DNA of 64,000 nt from Myxococcota bacterium (GCA_041611735.1 JBFIML010000010.1:1-64000), one strand, 5' to 3'; shown: positions 9,550 through 19,212, numbered from the stretch's first letter. Translations and numbers: made by a program. The notes: a model not told the origin generated them from the sequence alone.

Positions 9550-9573
9550 AGTCAATCAGTCCGGAACGTCCCC
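9550..9573 (-). repeat. Solo copy of the dispersed GGGGACGTTC repeat overlapping the M48 protease stop
   Basis: AGTCAATCAGTCCGGAACGTCCCC is 22/24 identical to 15013-15036. Confidence 0.7.
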
Positions 9574-11007
9574 GGCGATCTTCACCGGGAAGTCGGGGGG
9601 CAGGGGGGCGTCGAGGGCGAGGGCATTGACGACGGCGGTCTCGCGCGGGCTCCAGGCGTTGCCCGAGCGCGCCGAGAGGGCCTCCAGGGTCTCGCCGCTT
9701 CGGGCCCGCACCACGCGCAGGCGACGCACCGGCACCTTCGCCAGCTGGCTCGGCTGGAGCGGACGGAAGCTCTTCACCACGGCGTCGAAGGCCTGGCGGA
9801 AGCGCGGGAAGCCGCCCGAGGGCGAGGCGCTCTCGATGCGGTAGACGTGGCCCTGCCAGGCGATCCACACCGCGTGGACCAGGGTGTGGCGGTCCTCCCA
9901 GTGGGACTCGGCCCGGACCCGCCAGGCCGCAAGCCCGCGCAGCCGCAGGGGCTCCGACTCGAAGATCGTCCACGTGCGCCCGAAGACCGCCAGGAACACC
10001 CGCGCCGCTGCCTCGGGATCCTCGCCCCGCCCCTGGAGCCGCAGGGTGATGGCCGCGTCGCCGCGCGGCGCGCTGGCGGTGATGGCCTCGGCGGCATTGT
10101 GCAGCGCCCAGCCGTCGGGGAAGCGGATCGCGAAGGCCAGCTCCGGGTGCAGGAAGAGATTCCCGCGCCACAGACCCTGGGCCGGGTTGTCCCCCACCAG
10201 GAGCCCGTCGACCCGGGCCAGGTAGGCCGCGCGCTTCGGGAGCTCGGCGGGGTCGGGCGCGCCCAGGGAGAGCCCGGCTCGCAGCGATGCCTCGGCCGCC
10301 CGGCGCGTGGGCGGCGGGTGGGTGTCGAAGTAGGCCTGGCGGCGCATCACTCCCGTGCGCAGCCGCTCGCTCGCGTCCAGCGAGCGCAGGAACGTGGCCA
10401 TGGCGGCCGGATCCGCGCCCGCCAGACGCGCGAGCTCCTGCCCGCGGCGGTCGGCGTCGTGCTCCTGGTTGCGGCTGTAGGCGGCGACCTCGCCGGGGGA
10501 GTGGAGCAGGAGCGCGCCCAGCACGCCGCCGAGCCCACCGGACTGGCCTTCGAGCACGCGCGCCCGGTGGTGGTCTGCCTCCACGTGCGCCAGCTCGTGG
10601 CCGAGCACGTTCACCAGCTCGTCCTCCGTGTTGACGAGCGCCAGGAGCCCGCGCGAGACGTAGACGGTGCCGTCTGCGAAGGCGAAGGCATTGGGCACGG
10701 GGGTGTCGGCGATGCGGAAGCGGGCCGTGACGCCGCGCAGCGGCACGTGCCGCGTGAGGCGCGCGCCGAGCTCGGCGAGCCAGGCCTCCAGGGCCGCGTG
10801 GTGGGTGCGCCCGAAGCGGCGCTCCACGCGGTCCGGCGGGGCGGGTCGCGCCCCGGCCGTCGTCGGCACCGCCTCGGGCGGGACGGGGGGAGACGCGGGG
10901 GGCCCGACCCGCGCCGCGTCGGGCGCCGGGCCGGTGCATCCCGCCAGGACGAGCCCGAGGGCGAGCGCGCACTGCCGGTGCCGCGCTCCTCGGCTTCGGT
11001 CCCGCAC
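9556..11007 (-). CDS. M48 family Zn metalloprotease lipoprotein (BepA-like) with a LysM-like C-terminus
   Basis: Lipobox LAGC; PNAFA, HELAH, YSRNQEHDAD and THP motifs; C-terminal VRARSGETLEALS. Confidence 0.88.
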   Translation of the reverse strand: MRDRSRGARHRQCALALGLVLAGCTGPAPDAARVGPPASPPVPPEAVPTTAGARPAPPDRVERRFGRTHHAALEAWLAELGARLTRHVPLRGVTARFRIADTPVPNAFAFADGTVYVSRGLLALVNTEDELVNVLGHELAHVEADHHRARVLEGQSGGLGGVLGALLLHSPGEVAAYSRNQEHDADRRGQELARLAGADPAAMATFLRSLDASERLRTGVMRRQAYFDTHPPPTRRAAEASLRAGLSLGAPDPAELPKRAAYLARVDGLLVGDNPAQGLWRGNLFLHPELAFAIRFPDGWALHNAAEAITASAPRGDAAITLRLQGRGEDPEAAARVFLAVFGRTWTIFESEPLRLRGLAAWRVRAESHWEDRHTLVHAVWIAWQGHVYRIESASPSGGFPRFRQAFDAVVKSFRPLQPSQLAKVPVRRLRVVRARSGETLEALSARSGNAWSPRETAVVNALALDAPLPPDFPVKIAGDVPD

Positions 11008-11011
11008 CCCC

Positions 11012-11386
11012 TCAGCGTCGCACGATCAGGATCTCGACGCGACCCGAGGGGCCGATCCAGGAGCTGGCAATCCAGCTGGTGAGGCTCACCACGAGCGTGC
11101 CGAGCAGCGCGGGGCCGAAGCCCGCCAGGCGGAAGCCGTCCAGCAGCGCCGCCACCAGGCCGAGCATGGCGGCGTTCACCACCAGCAGGAAGAGGCCCAG
11201 CGTCACGATCGTGAAGGGGAGCGTCAGCAGCACGATCACCGGACGCACCACGGCGTTCACGACGCCGAGCAGGAGCGCCGCCAGCACCAGCGTCCCCACG
11301 CCGGTGATGTGGACCCCCGGCACGATCGCCGCCGCGAGCCACAGCCCGAGGGCGCTGATGCCGAGCCGGATCAGGAAGCCGGGCAT
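11012..11386 (-). CDS. 4-TM 'phage holin family' (YvlD-like) membrane protein
   Basis: LGVVNAVVRPV..LTLPFTIVTLGLFLLVVNA family signature. Confidence 0.88.
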   Translation of the reverse strand: MPGFLIRLGISALGLWLAAAIVPGVHITGVGTLVLAALLLGVVNAVVRPVIVLLTLPFTIVTLGLFLLVVNAAMLGLVAALLDGFRLAGFGPALLGTLVVSLTSWIASSWIGPSGRVEILIVRR

Positions 11387-11404
11387 CGCCGCTCCCGCCT
11401 GCTT

Positions 11405-11896
11405 CTATCGGCGCCCGGTGCTCGCCCGCCGCCGCCCCAGGAGCCCGAGGCCCAGCAGCCCGCCCGCCGCGAGCAGGGCCGTGGCAGGCTCCGGCGTCGT
11501 CAGGAGCGGGGCCGTGCCCGGGGGCGGCGGAGGCGGTGGGCTCCCGTCGCCGAGGCTGCAGAACTGGGGAGTCCGGAACGAGCAGCTGCCGCCGTGGTCT
11601 GCGAGCTCCAGGTCGAAGTGGTCGAGCAGCCGCTGGAGCCGCTTCCAGTGCAGCTCGTCCAGGAGCTCCCGGAGCCTGGCGAAGGGGTGCTCGTCGTTCA
11701 CCAGCCGCTCCAGGAGCTTTGCGACGCCGCGCGGCAGGCAGCCCCGCCTACCCGAGGCGCAGCAGCTCAGCTCCTCCAGGTCGATCGTCGCGCGGTCGGG
11801 CCCCCGGTCGAAGCCGCGCAGCGGCAGCGCGGAGGCCGCAGTGGGCGCGAGCAGCAAGAAGCCCAGGGCGAGCGCAGCAATCCCGTTCCGGACCAT
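11405..11896 (-). CDS. Small PEP-CTERM sorting-domain protein
   Basis: Signal peptide (ASA-L), poly-Pro linker, C-terminal TPEPATALLAAGGLLGLGLLGRRR. Confidence 0.85.
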   Translation of the reverse strand: MVRNGIAALALGFLLLAPTAASALPLRGFDRGPDRATIDLEELSCCASGRRGCLPRGVAKLLERLVNDEHPFARLRELLDELHWKRLQRLLDHFDLELADHGGSCSFRTPQFCSLGDGSPPPPPPPGTAPLLTTPEPATALLAAGGLLGLGLLGRRRASTGRR

Positions 11897-11966
11897 GACC
11901 CCTCCGGTCCCTTCCCCGTAGGAGGAAGTGGACGCGCAGGGGCGCAGGTGGCAGGGCCGGGGTTGG

Positions 11967-13634
11967 CTAGGCGGCGAGCAGGTTCCGGGCCAACACCTTG
12001 AGCTCCAGGATCGGCTTCACACCCTCGAAGATCGGCAGCACCAGGGCGTCCACCACGTAGCGGCTGATCGGGTACTCCTCGGCGTAGCCCCAGCCGCCGT
12101 GCAGGATCTGGCCGTCCTGGGTGACCTCCACCGCCACGTCGCAGGCGAGCAGCTTGGCCTCGGCCGCCAGCGGGGCCGCCTTGCGCTCGTCCTCGTCGAA
12201 GGCGACGGCCGCGGCGTAGGTGATGGCGCGCGCCGCCGCCAGGCGCGTCGCCATGCGGCCGAGCACGTACTGGGTGAGCTGGAACTCGGAGATCGGCTTC
12301 TCGAACTGGACGCGGTCCACCACGTACTCGGCGGTCTTCTCGAGCGCGGCCTGGGCGAGCCCGCAGGCACGCCCGCCGGTCTGGAGGCGGCCGGCCGCGA
12401 AGCCGGCCATCTGGAGGTAGAAGCCCTTGCCGAGCCCGGCCTCGCCCCCCACCAGGTTCTCGGCGGGGACGAAGTAGTTCTCCAGGTTGACCGTGAAGGA
12501 GTGCATGCCGCGGTAGCCGGGGGTGGCGTCGGCCTTGCCCACCATGCGGCCGCCGCCCTTCTGCTTCATCTCGAAGGAGTGGCCCTCGAAGGGGTCCTTG
12601 GGGACGATGAAGAGCGAGAGGCCCTTGGCCGCCTTGCTGATGTCCGGGTCGGTGCGGGCCAGCAGGGCCAGCACGTTGGCGCGTCCCGCGAAGGTGCACC
12701 AGGACTTGGGTCCGTTCACGACCCAGCCCTGCTTGCCGTCCACCTTGCCCGGCTCCGCCCGACACTTGAGGTGCGCCACGTCGCTCCCGATGTCCGGCTC
12801 CGTCACCGAGACGCCCACCATGACCTCGCCCGACGCGAGCTTCGGCAGCCAGGTCTTCTTCTGCTCCTCGCTGCCCCCCTGGAGCAGCGCCTTGGTGAGG
12901 ATCTCCGGGCGCGTGATGAGCGATCCGGCACCGGCCAGGCTCGCCCGCGACAGCTCCTCGGTGGTGAGGATCATGGCGAGGTTGCCCATCTCGATGCCGC
13001 CGTACTCCTCGGGGATGGCGAGCCCGAAGTAGCCGAGCTCGCCCATCTTGCGGATGAACTCCTCGGGCACGAGCTCGTCGTTGCGGTGGATGCGCTCGGC
13101 GTGGGGCGCCACCTCGTTGTCGGCGAACTCGCGTACGCCGTCGCGCACCTGCTCGTGGGTCTCGTCCAAGGGCCAGTCGTTGCGCCCCTTGCTCTCGGCC
13201 AACGTGCGGCCGATGGCCCGCAGCACGGCTTCGTTTCCGACGCGGCGGAGATCGGCGCGGAGCTTGGCGGGAAAGGTCGCCTCGAGGGCCTCCTCGCCGA
13301 TGCCGAGGTCGTCCACCGCGGGCGCCAGGCGGTTGCGCAGCCGCTCCATGAGCTCCGCCACGGAGGCGGCGGCGGTCGCCTCCAGATGGGCGTCGCCGCG
13401 ACCCTCGTTGCGGGCCTCCCCGACGGCGTCGAGCAGCGCACGGGCCGCCCGCGCCTCGGTGGCGGCGTAGGCCACGCGTTCCGCCAGCACCTGGTGTTCG
13501 TCGATGCTGCGGCCCCCGTCGGTGATATCCTTGCCTCGGGCGAGTGCCTGTTCGAGGAGGGCTTCGCCGGCCGCGAGCAGCGGTCTGGCGTCGGATAGCT
13601 TCGGAAGGGTTTTTTCCTCGGGGGATCGTTTCAT
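11967..13634 (-). CDS. Acyl-CoA dehydrogenase with N-terminal extension (methylsuccinyl-CoA dehydrogenase-like)
   Basis: IPEEYGG, TEPDIGSD, GYRGM, QILHGGWGY and IFEG motifs; about 555 aa. ATG at 13634. Confidence 0.88.
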   Translation of the reverse strand: MKRSPEEKTLPKLSDARPLLAAGEALLEQALARGKDITDGGRSIDEHQVLAERVAYAATEARAARALLDAVGEARNEGRGDAHLEATAAASVAELMERLRNRLAPAVDDLGIGEEALEATFPAKLRADLRRVGNEAVLRAIGRTLAESKGRNDWPLDETHEQVRDGVREFADNEVAPHAERIHRNDELVPEEFIRKMGELGYFGLAIPEEYGGIEMGNLAMILTTEELSRASLAGAGSLITRPEILTKALLQGGSEEQKKTWLPKLASGEVMVGVSVTEPDIGSDVAHLKCRAEPGKVDGKQGWVVNGPKSWCTFAGRANVLALLARTDPDISKAAKGLSLFIVPKDPFEGHSFEMKQKGGGRMVGKADATPGYRGMHSFTVNLENYFVPAENLVGGEAGLGKGFYLQMAGFAAGRLQTGGRACGLAQAALEKTAEYVVDRVQFEKPISEFQLTQYVLGRMATRLAAARAITYAAAVAFDEDERKAAPLAAEAKLLACDVAVEVTQDGQILHGGWGYAEEYPISRYVVDALVLPIFEGVKPILELKVLARNLLAA

Positions 13635-13740
13635 CGAATTCCTCTTGCAGTTCGCCCGACCAAGGGCCATCTAGAGCAGGAGAATAGCGCGCGCCCCGAC
13701 GGGGTGGGCGCGAGGCGACGCATCCGAAAGGAGGGCAGCG

Positions 13741-14094
13741 ATGCGGAAAATGCTTACGGCAACGGGACTTGCGGTCGCGCTGGCAGTGGCCGGCGCGGGG
13801 CTCGTCGCGTGCGGCGGGGGCGACGAAGGGTCCGCCGAGCGCATGGGCAAGGCCATCGACGAGGGCATGGAGGGCGCGACCGGCGCCGCCCGGAGCGCGG
13901 CCGAGCAGGCCCAGGAGTCGGCGGACCAGGCGGCCCAGGCCGCCCGTGAGGCGGCCGAGCGGGCGCGCCAGAGCGCCCAGGGCCTGGCCGAGGGCGCGGC
14001 CAAGACCGCCGAGCAGGCGGCCGAGGAGGCGCGCAAGGCCGCCGGCGACGTGGCGGCTCCGGGCCCCGGCGACGCCGTCGAGGACTACGAGTAG
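13741..14094 (+). CDS. Ala/Glu/Gln-rich small lipoprotein
   Basis: RBS AAGGAGG, lipobox LVAC, low-complexity helical repeats. Confidence 0.8.
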   Translation: MRKMLTATGLAVALAVAGAGLVACGGGDEGSAERMGKAIDEGMEGATGAARSAAEQAQESADQAAQAAREAAERARQSAQGLAEGAAKTAEQAAEEARKAAGDVAAPGPGDAVEDYE

Positions 14095-14156
14095 CGCCCG
14101 AGGCGCGGCTCGGTTCCCGAGCGGGGCTCCCTGCCGTCGGCGGGGGGCCCCGTGTG

Positions 14157-14927
14157 TCATGGACGCCGGTGGAGGAAGCCCAGCAGGCGCTCGACCAGCG
14201 CCGGCGCTCCGAAGACGAGCCCGAGCTTTCCCTCCGGATAGGGGATCGTGACGCAGCGTCCGCCCGCCTCGGGCACCAGCACCTGGGTCGCGGCCGCGTC
14301 CCAGGGGTTCAGGTCGAAATCCACCATCGCGTCGGCGCCGCCAGAGAGCACCTGGGTGTGCCCGAAGGCGTCGGTGTAGCCGCGGAGCATCGGCACCTCC
14401 CGGCTGAGCTGCTCGAAGGCCGCGCGCTCGCCGGCGCGGTCGAAGCAGAAGAGGTCTCCGTGGGCCACCAGCGCGCGGGTCAGGTCGGTCTGCTGGGAGA
14501 CGCGCACCGGCGTGCCGTTGCGCCGGCAGCCGCCGCCTCGCCAGCCGACGTAGCGCTCCCCGAGGGTCGGGAGATCGATCAGGCCGAGCACGGGCTTGCC
14601 GTCGTGGAGCAGACCCAGGATCGTGGCGAAGAGCGGGATCCCCCGCGAGAAGGCGATGGTGCCGTCGATCGGGTCGATGACCCAGGAGCGGCCGGCCGTG
14701 GGCTCGCGCTCGCCTCCGAACTCCTCGCCGAGGATCGCGGTGTCGGGATCGCCCTCGGCGAGCACGCGTCGGATGGCCCGCTCCGCGGCGCGGTCGGCCT
14801 CGGTGACCGGGGAGCCGTCCGCCTTGCGCTCGACCTCGACGCTCCGGAAACGCGGCAGGATCTCGGCGCGCGCGCGGTCGGCGGCGGTCTCGGCGAGGCG
14901 GGCGAGTCTGGCCAGATCGAGCGCCAC
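14157..14927 (-). CDS. Inositol monophosphatase family protein, probable histidinol-phosphatase HisN type
   Basis: KADGSPVTEAD, GEE, WVIDPIDGT and PWDAAA motifs. Confidence 0.85.
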   Translation of the reverse strand: MALDLARLARLAETAADRARAEILPRFRSVEVERKADGSPVTEADRAAERAIRRVLAEGDPDTAILGEEFGGEREPTAGRSWVIDPIDGTIAFSRGIPLFATILGLLHDGKPVLGLIDLPTLGERYVGWRGGGCRRNGTPVRVSQQTDLTRALVAHGDLFCFDRAGERAAFEQLSREVPMLRGYTDAFGHTQVLSGGADAMVDFDLNPWDAAATQVLVPEAGGRCVTIPYPEGKLGLVFGAPALVERLLGFLHRRP

Positions 14928-14945
14928 CGGGGAAGTATGGCACGC

Positions 14946-15034
14946 GGACGTTCTCGACGAATTGACTTATTCTGGTTGCGGGCGGTTGGCCGCCCCAAGG
15001 ACCGCGGCGAAGAGTCAATCAGTCGAGAACGTCC
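14946..15034. repeat. 89-bp element with 22-bp terminal inverted repeats (MITE/REPIN-like)
   Basis: Left arm GGACGTTCTCGACGAATTGACT (14946-14967); right arm AGTCAATCAGTCGAGAACGTCC (15013-15034); 20/22 complementary. Confidence 0.75.
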
Positions 15035-15037
15035 CCG

Positions 15038-15928
15038 ATGCCGACCCTGGCGCAACGACTGGGCTTCGAGCGCGACGCACGCGTGGCCGTCGTCCACGCC
15101 GACGACATCGGGATGTGCCGCGCGGCCAACGACGGCGCCTTCGAGGCCCTCGAGGGCGGGGTCGTCACCTGCGGCAGCCTGATGGTTCCGTGCCCGTGGT
15201 TCCGCGACGCCGCCGACCGGGCTGCGGCGCGTCCCGAACTGGACCTCGGCGTGCACCTCACCTTGAACTCCGAGTGGCCCCACTACCGCTGGGGGCCCGT
15301 GGCCGGCCGAGGGGCCGTCCCCTCGCTCCTCGACGACCAGGGCTACCTGCCACGCACCAGCCTCGAGACGGTGCGGCGCGCCCGACCCGAGCAGGTGGAG
15401 ATCGAGCTGCGCGCCCAGATCGACCACGCCCTGGCCTCGGGCGTGGACGTGACCCACCTGGACTCCCACATGGGAACCGTCCTGTTTCCGCCCTTCACCC
15501 CCATCTATGGGCGTCTCGCCCGGGACTACCGCCTGCCGGTCTTCGCCGTGCGGCCGGACCCCGAGCAGCTCGCGGCGCGCGGGCTCCAGGCGGCGGCGCC
15601 GATCTTCGAGACGCTCTGCGACCAGCTCCAGGGCGACGGGATCCCGGTGCTCGACGGCTTCGACGACGACTCCCTCGGCTTCGCCCCGGGCGACGGGGAG
15701 GCCCATAACCGGCGGCGTCTCGCCCGGCTGCCCCGGGGCATCAGCTACCTGATCATCCACCCGGCCCGTGGCGGGGAGGAGCTCTCCACGGTGGCTCCGG
15801 AGTCCGCCCACCAGCGTGACTTCGAGCGCCGCTTCTATGGCGGCGACGCGGGCCGCCGGGCCCTCGCCGAGCAGGGCATCCAGGTGGTCGGGATGCGGGC
15901 GCTCCGCGAGCTCGTGCGCGCGGGCTAG
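15038..15928 (+). CDS. YdjC/ChbG/HpnK family carbohydrate deacetylase
   Basis: HADDIG, DLGVHLTL and THLDSHM motifs. Confidence 0.9.
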   Translation: MPTLAQRLGFERDARVAVVHADDIGMCRAANDGAFEALEGGVVTCGSLMVPCPWFRDAADRAAARPELDLGVHLTLNSEWPHYRWGPVAGRGAVPSLLDDQGYLPRTSLETVRRARPEQVEIELRAQIDHALASGVDVTHLDSHMGTVLFPPFTPIYGRLARDYRLPVFAVRPDPEQLAARGLQAAAPIFETLCDQLQGDGIPVLDGFDDDSLGFAPGDGEAHNRRRLARLPRGISYLIIHPARGGEELSTVAPESAHQRDFERRFYGGDAGRRALAEQGIQVVGMRALRELVRAG

Positions 15929-15976
15929 CGTTTGCCGCCGCCTCCTCCCGCGACACGACCGGGTGGGGAATCCGGC

Positions 15977-16786
15977 CTAGCGGCCCGCGCCCACCAGCTC
16001 GTCGACGGGGGCCTCGGCCAGGTCGTAGCCCGCCTCTTCGGGGATGCGCACCAGCATGCCGTGCTCGCCCTTCTCGATGCGCGGCAGCACGGTCACAACC
16101 GGCTCGCGGCGGGCTGCCGCCAGGGCCTCGGCGACGCTCCCGTGCCGCGCGAGCTTCGCCAGGTTGAGGCGGGTCGGGAACATGAGGCTGCGATGGCCGG
16201 CGGCGGCCTCCGAGAGGGCGGTGCGCGGCGGCATCCAGCGCGACCCGACCGTCTCGGCGCCGTCGTGGTGCGCGGCCTGCTGCACCGGCGCCGGGGCCAG
16301 GAAGAAGTGGGTGTCGAAACGGCGCGGCAGGAACTCGGGCGTGATCCAGTGGGCGAAGGGGACCAGGAGATCGCAGGCGAGCTGGAGCTTCTCGCGGACC
16401 ACGAGCTCCTTCAGGGCCACGCGGCCGGCCCGACGCGCCTCGCGCTCGGAACGCGCCAGGGAAAGGGCCCGCTCGGCAGGAAGCAGGTTCCGCTGCCCGG
16501 CCGGCCGCGCCAGCAGGATTCCGCTCTCCTCGAAGACCTCGCGTACGGCGGCCACGCGCAGTGCCGCCTCTTCCGCATCCACGTCCGCGAGACCGGCGGC
16601 CCCGGCTCGCAGCGTCGCATCCGCGTCGCCGGGATCGACCTTCCCGCCCGGGAACGCCGTGGCCCCGCCAGCGAAGCGGATGCCGCGGTGTCGCTCCACC
16701 AGGAAGACCTCGAGGCCCGCGGCGGCGTCGCGCACCAGGAGCACCGTTGCGGCGGGGACGGCGCGGGCGGGACGGCGCTCGGCCAT
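15977..16786 (-). CDS. NUDIX hydrolase (NUDT19-like)
   Basis: FPGGKVD, AAVREVFEESG, HWITP and RRFDTHFF motifs. Confidence 0.9.
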   Translation of the reverse strand: MAERRPARAVPAATVLLVRDAAAGLEVFLVERHRGIRFAGGATAFPGGKVDPGDADATLRAGAAGLADVDAEEAALRVAAVREVFEESGILLARPAGQRNLLPAERALSLARSEREARRAGRVALKELVVREKLQLACDLLVPFAHWITPEFLPRRFDTHFFLAPAPVQQAAHHDGAETVGSRWMPPRTALSEAAAGHRSLMFPTRLNLAKLARHGSVAEALAAARREPVVTVLPRIEKGEHGMLVRIPEEAGYDLAEAPVDELVGAGR

Positions 16787-16824
16787 GGCGGGGCTCTCCC
16801 TCGGGCGACTGCGTCGAGCGTACC

Positions 16825-17670
16825 GTGTCCGCCGCCAGCGTGCTGCGCGGAGCGCGCGGCTTGACCCGGATCCCGGGCGACGTCCCGCTCTACGTGGAGG
16901 TGCAGGGCGCGGGACCCGCGGTCGTGCTCCTGCACGGCTTCGGCGGAAGCGCCCGGAACTTCCGCCCCCAGGCTCGCGGCCTGCGGGATCGCGCGCGCGT
17001 GGCCCTCGTGGACCTGCGCGGGCACGCGCGAAGCGGCGCTCCCGACGACCCTGCCGCCTACACCGCCGAGGCCTTCGTCGGCGACGTGACGCGCGTCCTC
17101 GACCATCTCGAGGTCGAGCGCGCCGTGGTGGGGGGACTCTCCATGGGAGCGGGAATCGCGCTTCGCTTCGCGGTCGCCCACCCGGAGCGCGTGCGGGGCC
17201 TCGTCGTGGCCGCTCCGCCGCCCGGGGCCAGCGAGCGGGGGCAGTCGCGTTGGGCGCGCGAGTTCGCCGCCGCCATCGAGGGCGAGGGGCTCGACGCGGC
17301 GGGGGAGCGCTTCGCCTGGGGCGCGCGCTCCGGCTTCGACCGCCAGGCCGCGAAGCTGATCCGCATGGGCTTCCTCGAGCATCCGCCCCATGGCCTCGCC
17401 CATGCGCTCCGCGAGCTCCTGGCCGTGCAGCCCTCCGTCGTGGAGCACGCCCCGGCCCTGCGGGCCCAGCGCCTTGCGGTCCTGATCGTGGTCGGCGGCG
17501 AGGACGCCATCTCGCGCGGACCTGCGCAAGCGCTGGCGGCGGCGCTGCCGGAGGCGCGCCAGGTCGTGGTGCCCGGCGCGGGCCACGTGGTGAACCTGGC
17601 CGCCCCGGAGCCGTTCAATGCAGCGCTCGGCGGCTTCCTGGCGCAGCTCGCCGACGACGCGCCGGCGTGA
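16825..17670 (+). CDS. Alpha/beta-fold hydrolase
   Basis: LLHGFGG, DLRGHARS, nucleophile GLSMG, GEDA and AGH. Start uncertain (GTG 16825 or TTG 16861). Confidence 0.85.
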   Translation: MSAASVLRGARGLTRIPGDVPLYVEVQGAGPAVVLLHGFGGSARNFRPQARGLRDRARVALVDLRGHARSGAPDDPAAYTAEAFVGDVTRVLDHLEVERAVVGGLSMGAGIALRFAVAHPERVRGLVVAAPPPGASERGQSRWAREFAAAIEGEGLDAAGERFAWGARSGFDRQAAKLIRMGFLEHPPHGLAHALRELLAVQPSVVEHAPALRAQRLAVLIVVGGEDAISRGPAQALAAALPEARQVVVPGAGHVVNLAAPEPFNAALGGFLAQLADDAPA

Positions 17671-17695
17671 GCGCTGGCAGGGGCCTGCCCCTCTC

Positions 17696-18661
17696 CTACG
17701 CTTCGTCGCCGCCGGGCTCGGCCTCGGCGGCGAGTGGTGCCGTCTGGGTCGGGACCCGCTCCAGGACCTCCACCGCATGGGGCGCCCGCACGAAGCTGAG
17801 CACGCCGGCGGCGGTGAGCAGCATGCCGGCGGCCTGCCGCAAGCTGGGCACCTCGCCCACGATCAGGAAGCTCGCACCGAGAGACAGCAGCGGGATCGAC
17901 GGCACCACGATGGCCGTGGCGCGGGAGAGGTCCATGCGCGCGAGGGTCTGGTACCAGAGCATCGTGCCCAGGTAGAAGAGCACGACGCCCTGGAACGCCA
18001 GCACGGGCAGCTGCGCGGCGGCAGATCCGGCGTCGGGGAGGATCGCTGTACCTCCCCACGCCGCGGCAGCGAGGGTCAGGATCAGGGCGCCGTAGACGTA
18101 ACGGGCCCCGGTCAGGACCTCCGGCGACAACCCGGGCAAGCGACGCAGCACCAGCAGATGGGAGAGCTGCCAGCAGAGCGGCGTGGCGAGCAGCATCGCG
18201 ATGCCCCAGGGGTCGCCCAGGGGGCCGAACCCGACCGCCAGGGCGATCCCGGCGAGCAGCACCGCCGCCGAGGCCACGCGCCGGACCGTGAGCCGGTGGC
18301 CCAGCACCAGCCAGGCGAGGGCGAGAGAGTAGGCGGGCTCGATCTGGAGACAGACGACGGCCTCGATGGCCGTGGTGCGTCGGGTGCCCACGAAGAAGAG
18401 CAGGTAGGGGAGTGCAGTGCCGAGCGCCCCGAGCAGGATCAGCAGACCGGCCGTCTCGCGACGGATCAGCGCGGCGAGGTCGCGTCGTACGGCCAGCACC
18501 ACCGTGGCGGCGGCGCCCCCGAAGACGGCGGTGGCGGACACCACGAAGAGCGGCGCGGCGTGCTCCGTGGTGAGCTTCGCGACCGCCGGAACGAATGCGC
18601 CGTTCGCGGCGCACAGCGCCGCGAAGAGGAGTCCGACCCGCTCGGGGGATCCGGTGACCAA
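17696..18661 (-). CDS. DMT/EamA family transporter
   Basis: About 10 TM helices in two repeats, ending LGASFLIVGEVP. Start approximate. Confidence 0.82.
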   Translation of the reverse strand: MVTGSPERVGLLFAALCAANGAFVPAVAKLTTEHAAPLFVVSATAVFGGAAATVVLAVRRDLAALIRRETAGLLILLGALGTALPYLLFFVGTRRTTAIEAVVCLQIEPAYSLALAWLVLGHRLTVRRVASAAVLLAGIALAVGFGPLGDPWGIAMLLATPLCWQLSHLLVLRRLPGLSPEVLTGARYVYGALILTLAAAAWGGTAILPDAGSAAAQLPVLAFQGVVLFYLGTMLWYQTLARMDLSRATAIVVPSIPLLSLGASFLIVGEVPSLRQAAGMLLTAAGVLSFVRAPHAVEVLERVPTQTAPLAAEAEPGGDEA

Positions 18662-18816
18662 GCTGGGCGGAGGATGACGGGGAGGCGGCGCGGCGCAAAG
18701 CCCCGAGAACGGAGCTTCGCGCCGCGGTGGCGGGGGAGCTCCGGCCGAGGGCTTCCGGACGGGCCCGGGATGCCCCATCCTTGACGCGCCACGGTCGCAC
18801 GCAGGGGGAGATCGCG

Positions 18817-19008
18817 TTGTTCCGCTGGACCCTGCTTCTCGTCACCGCGGGCGGACTCGCCGCCTGCACCATGACGCCCCAGGAGATCGAGAAGATCCAG
18901 GTGGAGAACGAGCTGCTGCGTCGGGAGATCCAGGTGATGCGCGAGAACTGCGAGCGCTACCGCGACCTGGAGCTCCACCTGGACGATCGCCAGGGCGAAG
19001 CGCGCTGA
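18817..19008 (+). CDS. Small coiled-coil lipoprotein (63 aa)
   Basis: GGGGGAG RBS with TTG start, lipobox LAAC, heptad-like IEKIQVENELLRREIQVMRE, high-GC3 codons. Confidence 0.65.
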   Translation: MFRWTLLLVTAGGLAACTMTPQEIEKIQVENELLRREIQVMRENCERYRDLELHLDDRQGEAR

Positions 19009-19032
19009 GCGGTGCTCACGGGGCGGCGGGCC

Positions 19033-19212
19033 TCAGGGGGCCGGGGGCGTACGCTCGTCGGGTTCCTCGGCCGCCTCCTCGTCGAAGGGAACCGCCTCCC
19101 GCTCGGAGGGCTGCACGAGCTCGTCCTGCCGCGGGGTCTCCTGCCCGCAGCCCACGAGGGTCCCGGTAGCCAGCAGGGTGACGGCCAGCCAGGCGCCGGT
19201 TCTCCGCTTCAT
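19033..19212 (-). CDS. Small acidic lipoprotein (59 aa)
   Basis: GGAGGTG RBS; MKRR followed by a hydrophobic stretch and lipobox LVGC. Confidence 0.7.
   Translation of the reverse strand: MKRRTGAWLAVTLLATGTLVGCGQETPRQDELVQPSEREAVPFDEEAAEEPDERTPPAP

Noticed and set aside
11012-11386. 'Phage holin' as evidence of a prophage
   Set aside because: This 4-TM family is commonly chromosomal and no endolysin, structural or integrase genes are nearby.
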